Assembly: GCA_964035575.1 (NCBI GenBank)
Contig: OZ037836.1
Coordinates: forward strand, 1,240,001-1,304,000
Direction: 5' to 3'
Source: Rhynchopus sp. YZ270_cl-10
Lineage: Eukaryota
Length of the DNA stretch: 64,000 nt
Part shown: positions 22,472-31,721 of the stretch, piece by piece
Layout of the letters: every line of letters starts with the position of its first letter
Numbering within the stretch: the first letter of the stretch is position 1
Notes under the pieces: model-generated
Seen by the model: only the letters and a program-made list of their open reading frames with translations
What the model was told of the DNA's origin: nothing
Databases searched by the model: none
Program-made: the position numbers and the translations under genes

Positions 22472-23946
22472 CGCTCCATCTCCTCCGTCCCCTCCGTCAC
22501 CTTTCCCGCCCCCTTTCCCATCTTTCCGCCGTCCTTCGACTTGCCCTTTTTGCGCTGGGGGGGGCCCGACCCGAAGATGTCGTCCATTGTGCTTCCCTTT
22601 CCCGCGCCGGACGACTTTGACCCCTTTTGCTTGTTGGGGGTGGTTGGTGGCGACAGTGTCTCGGTCGCGGTTTTCGGCTTTACCGTCTCGTTGGCCTTCA
22701 CATCACAGTCCTTCGTGTCCTCCGTGGTGCTTTGTTGTTGTTGGAGCGGAGAGGGTGGGTGAGCCGGTTCCGCGTTGGTGGTAGGCTGGAGTAGCCTGAG
22801 GAGGTGGGCCAGGTGCGCGTCCGTCGCCTCCTGTCGTGCCTCCGCTGCACACTGCCGAGCCACCACCGTCGCCAGCGCCGCGTTCATCTCCTCCTGAGCT
22901 TTGTTGTTACTGATAACTGCAGAGAGGATTTGCTCCCGCTGAGCTTCCGCGTTTGTCGCCAGTTCTTCCGCTCTGGTGGCGTGGCTGTCCATCTTGGACA
23001 GTTGGAGCACTTGACGCTCTAGGAGCGCTTCAATGCCCTTGCCCATTTGTAGAAGAGGGGTGGTGATAGAGGTGAGGTCGGCCGGTGTTGCGTTGTGGTT
23101 CTGATGCTGTTGGGGAAGTTGGTGCTGAACTACGCGCTGCATCCATGCCAGCTCCAGCTTCTGTCCCTGTTCGAACAGCTTTTTGCCTCTGTCCGCGCCG
23201 TACTCTGCTACAAATTCTTGGCTGGTGTATTTTACCTTCCTGTTTCTCTCTGTGGGGTCAGGTACCCGTGTAGGAAGCTGTTGGTGGGTGTCTGCTGTGG
23301 TGGTGACGGTGCTGGTATCTCTTGCTACTGCAGGGAGGATTGACACCACTAGGCTCTGCCACTTGACGCTGCTGTGCGGTGGCTGCGTCTCTGCGCGCAC
23401 CACGAGGGTCTTTTCCCCCGTTCTGCCCTTGCTGAGCAGCGTCACCACCCGCGCCCCCTCCCACTTCATCGCCTTCAGTGCCGCGATGCAGTCCTGCTTC
23501 GTTGCGGGGGGAGGAACCGGCCTGAGGTCGAAGAGCTGGGTGGTGGTGTGCGTTGTGGTGCTGTCGGGTATCTCGAACGTGAATGTGGGGGCGTCATCCA
23601 TCGCCTCCGGGGCACCACCGCTGCTACCTCCCCTTAGCCTACCCAGCTCCCACACGTTGCAGTGCGTCCTGCACATCCGGAGCGACTCCTTGTCGCTCAT
23701 GTCCCTCCCGTTGATGGTAAGGCGGTGCACGTCCCTGCGTCCACCTGTCTTCGCGCGCACTGCCGCCTTCAGGTCAGCCACCGAGTCCGTGTCGCTGACG
23801 TCCACTGTCACTGTCTTTCCAGTCAGCGTTCGCACAAAAATCTGCCTTTTTACCTCTTCATTTTCTTCTTCTTTTTGTTCCGAGTCTTTGCCGCAGTCCT
23901 CTGCGTTGCCCGGGGTCACCTCGTGGAGGTGCTCGGTAAAAACCCC
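22414..23946 (-). CDS. Retrotransposon ORF1 with N-terminal ubiquitin-like domain ending RLRGG and a coiled coil
   Basis: RQIFVRTLTGKTVTVDV...LKAAVRAKTG...LGRLRGG (compare ubiquitin MQIFVKTLTGKTITLEV...LRLRGG); heptad Ala/Gln/Glu-rich region; basic C-terminus; start codon undefined. Confidence 0.8.
   Translation of the reverse strand, partial: GVFTEHLHEVTPGNAEDCGKDSEQKEEENEEVKRQIFVRTLTGKTVTVDVSDTDSVADLKAAVRAKTGGRRDVHRLTINGRDMSDKESLRMCRTHCNVWELGRLRGGSSGGAPEAMDDAPTFTFEIPDSTTTHTTTQLFDLRPVPPPATKQDCIAALKAMKWEGARVVTLLSKGRTGEKTLVVRAETQPPHSSVKWQSLVVSILPAVARDTSTVTTTADTHQQLPTRVPDPTERNRKVKYTSQEFVAEYGADRGKKLFEQGQKLELAWMQRVVQHQLPQQHQNHNATPADLTSITTPLLQMGKGIEALLERQVLQLSKMDSHATRAEELATNAEAQREQILSAVISNNKAQEEMNAALATVVARQCAAEARQEATDAHLAHLLRLLQPTTNAEPAHPPSPLQQQQSTTEDTKDCDVKANETVKPKTATETLSPPTTPNKQKGSKSSGAGKGSTMDDIFGSGPPQRKKGKSKDGGKMGKGAGKVTEGTEEMERWKKESKAIADEINDLLFV
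23880..23946 (-). ncRNA. HDV-like self-cleaving ribozyme at the retrotransposon 5' end
   Basis: GGGGTT(P1) TTTA CCGAG(P2) C ACC(P3) TCCACGA(L3) GGT(P3') GACCCC(P1') GG(P1.1) GCAA CGCAG AGGA CTGCG(P4) GCAAA(J4/2, catalytic C) GA CTCGG(P2'); the first G coincides with the insertion junction. Confidence 0.85.
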
Positions 23947-24231
23947 ACTCTCCAACTTCTCGGCTGTGATGTCTGTCACACCCAACGCATGAAGCTCTGC
24001 AATGGCTTCGTACTTCTGCGACTTCTTCGTGAGGATGATTGTGTCACCAGCACTCAGCTGCGTCATGTCCGCTCCTTCTCCCATCGGTTCGCCTCCGAAA
24101 CTCATGCAAAAGCCGTCTTCAGGCAACCCCATTGCAGTCGCCACCTTCCGCCGCATCACCGCAAGTGTATCATCCTCACCCAGCTCGACCGTATGCTTCA
24201 CTCCGTTCAACCCCTTGATAGTCAAATCCAT
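23947..24231 (-). pseudogene. 5' fragment (UBL domain) of a subfamily B UBL-LRR gene interrupted by the retrotransposon
   Basis: MDLTIKGLNGVKHTVELGEDD...AEKLES followed by element sequence; the rest of the gene is absent. Confidence 0.85.
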
Positions 24232-24950
24232 ATTTGTGTCGCTCTGTATCATAGGTAACGGAGGGTGATGGTGATGTGGAGAAGGTGAGGAGGTGTGGGG
24301 GAAATAAACAAGAGTTTCTTTTTTTTTAGGCCTCGAGCATGGTCATGCACGGATTCGGGTGTTTGCACGATGGCGAAGCAATGGGAGGTACATGTAACTA
24401 TAGCTACATATAGCATTACATGTCTTGATGGGATTATCCGGAAAGACGGGACATAGTTACATTTTCATTTTTCATTAGGAATTCATGTACTTTTTGCAGA
24501 GTATAAATATTCCCCTACGCCGTCTGCTTTAATCGTATGCAACGAAATAAAGGTGGGCAAGAGAGAGGAGCCTAGGGGGAAGTGTTCCACTCTTGAGTAT
24601 CAGGTGTGTCGGCAGAAGGTCTGATTCAAAGAAGACTTGGTGAAGCAGGGTGGGGAACAATTCTGCAATTCGTTGTTGAGAACTGCGAGTCGAAATAACA
24701 TTGTTCTCGGGGTGTAGTGGTGGGGGTCATAACTAAACAGCACCAAACTTCAGGCACAATTTGGTGCTAGTGCATGTAACATTATGCTAATATTACATGC
24801 TACATGTAACATTACAAGGTCTGACTGGTGTGGGTAGGGGCTTTGGTGGGTTACGGTCAAGATTATCCGAACCAGAGGACGCAAGCAGACATACTGCCAG
24901 AGACCCTCCACCTCGGGGAGGTGCTGCCCTGCCACCAACACACCACGTCG

Positions 24951-25790
24951 TCATTGTGCGTGTCTCCGTCGCTTCTGGCTTTGCTCGGGGGATTCGTCTC
25001 TGCTTCGTTTCGGAAGTGCTTCAACCACAAGCTTACTCAGCTTCTTGTCGTTCCTCACTTCGTTGGACACCACACTGCTGCAGCCGGAAAGGTAAATGCT
25101 CGTCAACGAAGTGCAGTTCGCAGCAAAGTTCGTAGTATTATTGCAAGTCAAACCAATCGACGTCACATTGCTGAGTGGTGATAAATCCAGGGTGGTTAAG
25201 CTGCTGGACTTCGCAAGGAACCACGCGCCAACCTGTGTAACGTTGCTGAGTGGTGACACATCCAGCGTCGTTAAGCTGCTGCAGTTGTAAAGGAAGCCCG
25301 CACCGACCCGCGTCACATTGATCAACCCAGAGAGGTCGATACTTGTCAACGAGGTGCAGTGGTGTAGGAAGCAACCTGCAATGCGAGTCACAATGGACTC
25401 AGCACTGAGATCAAGTCTCGTCAACGAAGTGCGTGACAAGAAGTAACTCGGAATGACAGTCGCAACCTCCGCCTGTAGAAGCAAACACGCCACCTCAGGA
25501 TCTCTCACACTCTTCAACTTCTCGGCTGTGATGTCGGTCACACCCAACGCATGAAGCTCTGCAATGGCTTCTTGCTTCTGCGTCTTCGTGAGGATGATTG
25601 TGTCACCAGCACTCAGCTGCGTCATGTCCGCTCCTTCTCCCATCGGTTCGTCTCCGAAACTCATGCAAAAGCTGTCTTCAGGCAACCCCATTGCAGTCGC
25701 CACCTTCCGCCGCAAGCCCTCCACTGTGTCATCTTCACCCACCTCGACTGTGTGCTGATTCGCTCTGAAATCCTCGAAGTGCACGTCCAT
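24951..25790 (-). CDS. UBL-LRR protein, subfamily B, 5 LRRs, 279 aa
   Basis: Start MDVHFEDF from paralog alignment; tail PKRSRDESPEQSQKRRRHAQ. Confidence 0.85.
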   Translation of the reverse strand: MDVHFEDFRANQHTVEVGEDDTVEGLRRKVATAMGLPEDSFCMSFGDEPMGEGADMTQLSAGDTIILTKTQKQEAIAELHALGVTDITAEKLKSVRDPEVACLLLQAEVATVIPSYFLSRTSLTRLDLSAESIVTRIAGCFLHHCTSLTSIDLSGLINVTRVGAGFLYNCSSLTTLDVSPLSNVTQVGAWFLAKSSSLTTLDLSPLSNVTSIGLTCNNTTNFAANCTSLTSIYLSGCSSVVSNEVRNDKKLSKLVVEALPKRSRDESPEQSQKRRRHAQ

Positions 25791-26459
25791 CTGTTTGTTG
25801 TGGTTTTGTGTTCTGATCTCTGTGTGTGGTGGTGGGGTGTGGAGGACAACAAGCCTGCAGTCATTTTCAATGAAGGGTTGAAGGGCAGGGGTTCTTTGAG
25901 TACAATCGTACCATCGTGGGTTGGGCACATATACCCAGGTACCGACGTGCGGTTTTGTTAAATTGTTGAGTAGTGTAGTTGCCTCGGTTGTGTTGCCACA
26001 GTTGTGCAATCTCCACTTTGTATCTCTCTGTTTTGTGCAGGTGTTTTCAATTGGGGGTGAGAGTACGCAAGAGACAACAAACAGTCATAAGGGGAGAGGT
26101 CTTTTGGTATGCTACTTTTGTCCGAATATTTGTGAGAACAGTATTTAGAAGTGGTTGGTGATAACTTACTCGGATTTTCCGTTTGAGAGGAAGATAACCG
26201 GAGCCACGGCACTCTTCGTGTGCTGTGCCACGTTCTCCCCCACATTCCTTCCTCCCAGCCTGGCAGCGAAACAGCCGCACTGACACTAGAGCATCATATA
26301 AGCTGGCCTGACTGCAAAACAAATGAAAGAAGCAATGCACAAAACCCTAACATATGGCGTGCTAATAAAGAAGGGCGACCACCTTGTGTGTTGCGCTTCC
26401 TGTCCCCATGCACCATCCCCGAATATGCTTTCAAATGACATAGGTTCGTGATACTGGAT

Positions 26460-26651
26460 AAACAACAGCGCACGTCAGTTGTCTCACGTACAGTGTATAC
26501 ACCCTGAAAACGTAACCCCTTCCCTCTGGCACAGACCCCACCTTGGGCAGATGGTCTGCCCTACTGCCTCTTCTGCACCGTAGCTGAGTGCCACGGTGAC
26601 AGCTTGTACCCACCTGCGAAAGAATGTTCGCAAGGTCCCTTCTTCTACTAA
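26460..26651. repeat. Diverged fragment of the 203-bp repeat of the retroposon at 46462-49125
   Basis: TGGTCTGCCCTACTGCCTCTTCTGCACCGTAGCTGAGTGCCACGG...CCCTTCTTCTACTAA matches 48392-48490. Confidence 0.8.
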
Positions 26652-28140
26652 GGGAAAACAAACTTTTCGTCTGCGTGCGCGTCGGGACGTCCCCCAGAAA
26701 AACCCAGGCAGGCATGCAAAAAAAAGTTTGTTTTAATGGTGTGATTTTCCTAAAAATTAGGTGTAAATTGGGTACTTCTTGGGTCCTTCTTGGGTATAGT
26801 GATTTTCCTTAGGGCACTTCCTTAAGGAAAACGTGATCTTTTTCCCGAGCTTTCCCTGTGGTTAGTAGCCTTGTTTTCGCAAAAATTTTCTCAAAATCCG
26901 GGATTGGCACCCAGTACCCAGTACCCAGTACCCAGTACCCAGTACCCAGTACCCAGTACCCAGTACCCAGTACCCAGTACCCAGTACCCAGTACCCAGTA
27001 CCCAGTACCCAGTACCCAGTACCCAGTACCCAGTACCCAGTACCCAGTACCCAGTACCCAGTACCCAGTACCCAGTACCCAGTACCCAGTACCCAGTACC
27101 CAGTACCCAGTACCCAGTACCCAGTACCCAGTACCCAGTACCCAGTACCCAGTACCCAGTACCCAGTACCCAGTACCCAGTACCCAGTACCCAGTACCCA
27201 GTACCCAGTACCCAGTACCCAGTACCCAGTACCCAGTACCCAGTACCCAGTACCCAGTACCCAGTACCCAGTACCCAGTACCCAGTACCCAGTACCCAGT
27301 ACCCAGTACCCAGTACCCAGTACCCAGTACCCAGTACCCAGTACCCAGTACCCAGTACCCAGTACCCAGTACCCAGTACCCAGTACCCAGTACCCAGTAC
27401 CCAGTACCCAGTACCCAGTACCCAGTACCCAGTACCCAGTACCCAGTACCCAGTACCCAGTACCCAGTACCCAGTACCCAGTACCCAGTACCCAGTACCC
27501 AGTACCCAGTACCCAGTACCCAGTACCCAGTACCCAGTACCCAGTACCCAGTACCCAGTACCCAGTACCCAGTACCCAGTACCCAGTACCCAGTACCCAG
27601 TACCAAAGGGCCGATGGAGGGTTCCGAGACGGCGATAGCCTGCGACACTATGTCATGGGAAGGTGGGATACTAGCTTGCGCCGCAGGCGCACGGTACGCT
27701 ACTTTTATTGTTTCGGCGTATCCTTTTTTCTCACTCTTCGTTGGGTTCCACGAGCTCCGCCCGTCAAATGATGGGGTGTAAAATTCGCATCTACGCAAAC
27801 TGCCCCACGTTCATTTTGTACTTTTCCTTCAGAAGTCAAGTACTGACCATATTTTGCACACAGAACCTGAAAATGGCCTGTAAAAACTGACACATGCATT
27901 TTAGGTCAAAAATACTCATTTCTGAGCGCAAAGTGACCCCATCACAGCACGTACAGGCTCCGGTGCACCGAAATCAAAAAATTTTTTTTTTGATTTTTTG
28001 TGGGGAAAAATTTCTGGGGAAATTTTCTGGCCACAAAAAACCACCAAAAAGATGTACACAAAATAATTTTAGCACCCCCAAAAAAAAAAGGTGTAAAAAA
28101 GGTCCTTCTAAGGTCCTTCTAAGGTATACCACTACCCTTG
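26652..28140. mobile_element. Probable PIF/Harbinger-type non-autonomous element related to 38507-39465, carrying (CCCAGTA)n; right end not resolved
   Basis: Begins TAA|GGGAAAACAAACTTTTCG exactly where similarity to 48481-48490 stops; shares AAAAACC(C/T)AGGCAGGCA, the 25-nt hairpin motif and (inverted) 27890-27950 with 38507-39465. Confidence 0.5.
26910..27602. repeat. (CCCAGTA)n satellite, 99 units
   Basis: Perfect 7-bp tandem array. Confidence 0.98.
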
Positions 28141-29243
28141 TATAGGTCACACCAAAATTAGATATTTTATTATCGCGCAATTATGGTCGAGTACAAAAAT
28201 CCGGCGGGTTCCAAGAAGGTAATCAGAACCTGGAGTGAGGGTGGTATGGTGTTAAGTGTGAGTGTGAGTGACAAGTAAAGAGAAAATGTGCAGATGGGCT
28301 CTTCACAATCATTAGCCATGTGCTCGGCAGTCTTGTTCGAACTACGGCTACTTGGAAGACGTCCGTCGTCTATTGTGTGTATTTGTATGGATCTTTGTGA
28401 TTTTTTGTTGATTTTTTTTCAAAAAAAAAATTTTTTTTTGTGTCCAAAAAATGTGTTCCCCATGTCGTGGCAGGCCGAAAAAAAATTTTTTTTTCGCGTG
28501 TAATTATTTCCTTAATTTTACTGTCAAAAATTTTACGGCTATTTTATACACAATCCTTAATCCCACTAGTGGGATTAAGGATCTTAAAAATACTTTTTTG
28601 GTCAGGATTTTTGTACGAGACCTTAATTGCGCGTTAATAAAGTGAAATAAAATCCTTTTATTTTCACGCACTGTTTCCGCTCAGAATACACCACTATTTC
28701 AGGCCATTTTTGGCTTAAAAAAGTCCAAAAATGAATTATTTTGTGTCAATACAGTGAATACAGCGCGTCTGTGACACACAACGCGGATAAGTCGACCTGT
28801 GTGGGCACATGTGCGGCGTGACTGTGTCGGCATACAAGGCAACATGTGTCTGCGACACACTACCACCAGTGGAGTGGGATTGGGTCACTTGCGCTGAGAA
28901 ATGCATATTTTTGACCGGAATGATTTGTGAGTGTATTGATGTGTTTGTTCACAGGTGCCAGCCAGTTTTAAAACAGGGTCGTGAGTGCACGCTACAGCGT
29001 GCCGCGAACTGCGTGTGTGAGTGAAGCTGCCCAGCACGCACACTCCATTTGTCACCAAAAAAGTGAGATACTATGTGCATAAAAACCACGATTCTGCCTC
29101 AGGACTTTTCCAACTTGCTTTTTGGGCCGTCACAAACACCACCGTAGACAAAACACGTATATTTTTTCATAACACCTACCCTATTTGACTGCCCCCCTGT
29201 AGAAATTGTACTTTGACCTCCTCAAACGCTGAATAAAATATTG

Positions 29244-29392
29244 TATTCATGTGAAATAAGATTCATATTTCACGCTCCCTGGCCTGGAGACACGCGTTTC
29301 ATAATTTTCACTCGCTACGCTCGTGAAAATTAACCCACTTGTGACTCCAGTCCGGGAGCGTGAAATAAAGGGAATCTTATTTCACGTGAATA
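29244..29392. mobile_element. ~150-bp palindromic (hairpin) MITE-like element
   Basis: TATTCATGTGAAATAAGATTC..TATTTCACGCTCCC..CTGGAG..AATTTTCAC-TCGCTACGCTC-GTGAAAATT..CTCCAG..GGGAGCGTGAAATA..GAATCTTATTTCACGTGAATA. Confidence 0.7.
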
Positions 29393-30146
29393 AATAGTTA
29401 TTATTTTTTTTTTTCTTTTTTTCTTTCTTGCTTTCAATTACTGCTTTTTGTACACACAAAAGGCCTGTTTTCAGCCACACCGATACAGGATACCTTTCAT
29501 TTTGTAAATAACTTTGCTGCACTAGCGTCGACACCCGAAGATGAACTTCACTATTTTATTCTGCTAATGAACATACACGCTAACCCATTCCTTGACGCTA
29601 TGTCGCCTATTGCGTAACACGGTGTTTTCTACGTGCTCCTCTGGAAAGGGGACACACAGAGGTAGATCCCATGCGGGCAGAGTCTGCTGCTGCGCGAATA
29701 TCCAAACAAAAAAGGGGGGTAGAGGAAAAAAGGAAGAAAAAAGAGGGAGTAGTAAAAAGTCAAAGTGTGTACACAAAGAGAGGGGTATGTTTGTGACAGC
29801 TTTTTTTTTTTTGATATCCCAGTAGAAATCCCTGCCCTCCACCGTACTGTGCTGTTTGTATGCCACAATCTGCAGTTTGCTGGGTGGGGAGAAAGTACGA
29901 GGCAAAAATGCAAAGAATAAAAATTAAAAAAAAAAACGAGTCGGGGAGAAGACAAGGAAAGGGGAACAAACAAAGAAGAAGAAAAAAAAACACACACAAA
30001 TTCATATCTGGGATGGTTGAAAAAGGGGGTGATTCGCACTTCTTGCATACGGTGCGCACCATCCTACTCAGCCACACCAACGTGCTTCCTATTAAAGGGT
30101 GTAACAGCTATCCCCCTCCTTTAAAAAAGAAAAAAGATAAACTGTA

Positions 30147-31721
30147 AACCCCCCTCCCAACTATTGTTTACATCCAGGTATTGTTTACATGGCAGCGTCC
30201 GCGAAAGACCCCCCCCTAAAGCTAACATCCATGCTTATTGGTATTTCACTAATTAAAATTTTGGTATTTTATAAGATTTTTTTTTACAATGAACTCAGAG
30301 TTAAGTTTCTGAGCTCATTAAAAAAAAAATCGGTGAAAAATTCCGAGTAGGTATTAATTTAGATAGGAAAAGCTATGTCAACAGCTATGTGTCCCCTTAT
30401 TTTACCTGTAAATACTAAGGATATACAAGGAAATCCTCACAAACACCCATATAACCACCCATAGAACAACACAACAGGGGGAAATGTAATCAGCAGCCAA
30501 AGCATTCGCTCAGGAGCTGAAAACCCGGCCTTTCCGAGGCCTAAAAAACTTCGCCGAGCTGCAGGTGTATGCAGGGGTCCACTGGCAGGGGGGCAAAGGG
30601 TGGGGCGCGAGGAGCTGGATGCGCGAGGTGTGTAGCTCGAAGCATATGTCCCTCCATATGCAGAAGACAACCACCAGGAGAAAAGGGGTGTCCGCCGTTT
30701 ACTACTCCTGTAGTTGCATCAGCGACACCCTCAGGACAGTGACAGCGAGACGGAGGAGGAAGAGGAGGAACAGGCGGACAATTGTCTGTAACTCTTGGAG
30801 AGACTCATCACGGAGGTCAATAGGGTCACTCAAAAAAGGGGGTTTTCTGCGAGAAAGTCGACGTCGCCGCAGACGACCCGGAGCGTGAAGCTCTTTCGCG
30901 CTCTATTTAGAGTGTTCGGAGGGGGCGACAAGCCTCCACCCCCCTTTCCTCCCCCCCCTTTTTGATAATGGGTTTAGAGACAGATATTAGTGAATTCCTT
31001 CCTATATCCTTAGTATTTACAGGTAAAATAAGGGGACACATAGCTGCTGACATAGCTTTTCCTATCTAAATTAATACCTACTCGGAATTTTTCACCGATT
31101 TTTTTTTTAATGAGCTCAGAAACTTAACTCTGAGTTCATTGTAAAAAAAAATCTTATAAAATACCAAAATTTTAATTAGTGAAATACCAATAAGCATGGA
31201 TGTTAGCTTTAGGGGGGGGTCTTTCGCGGACGCTCCCACATATAATTATTCACAGCTATTATTTACATCCAATTACTATTTACATTCGAATTATTTATTT
31301 ACACCCCCTTTTTTTTTGCCGGTTTTTGGTGACGGGGTGCGGATTCGTGACCAAAAACACAATTTTTTGGAATTTCCGGAATCTGTCCAGAAAATGGTGG
31401 GGTCGATGTTGAAAATTGGACAATTTTTTGACCACTTAAATTTTGGAAAATATGAGCCCGGTCACTAGGTGGGGCCCATTTTCGGCCAAAAATTTTCACA
31501 AAATCCGAGTTTGTAAAATTGACCCTACACCCACATCAATTTCAATACTATACCTCACTTCACCTTCGGTTACCCTACAGGGGAGGTGTGGAAAATGTAA
31601 ACAATACATGAGTGATAATTATTTACATGTACTATTTACATTTAAATTATTTACATGTATTATTTACATGCACGAATACTATTTACATAAAAATATGTAA
31701 ACAATAGCTGTGAGGGGGGTT
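30147..31721. mobile_element. TIR element with TA flanks and TATTTACAT subterminal repeats, host to a nested element
   Basis: TA|AACCCCCCTCCCAACTATTGTTTACAT ... ATGTAAACAATAGCTGTGAGGGGGGTT|TA. Confidence 0.8.
30191..31237. mobile_element. Nested element with ~235-bp near-perfect TIRs and 4-bp TSD ACAT
   Basis: ACAT|GGCAGCGTCCGCGAAAGACC...(30191-30425) is the reverse complement of about 31003-31237 ...CTTTCGCGGACGCTCCC|ACAT; ~560-bp GC-richer spacer. Confidence 0.9.

Larger units (their letters stand above)
19833..23946 (-). mobile_element. Non-LTR retrotransposon, 5' half: HDV-like ribozyme, Ub-ORF1, OTU-APE-RT(partial); 3' half deleted
   Basis: Sharp 5' junction inside a subfamily B gene after ...AEKLES; two overlapping ORFs; RT breaks off at YRLWAKTRL and joins a subfamily A gene. 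Confidence 0.92.

Noticed and set aside
22414..24252. 612-aa ORF as an ordinary host gene
   Set aside because: It is a chimera of a broken UBL-LRR 5' end and retrotransposon ORF1, joined at 23946/23947
26809..27798. ORFs with (YWVLGTG)n / (PSTQYPV)n
   Set aside because: Translations of the stop-free (CCCAGTA)n satellite; nothing supports coding
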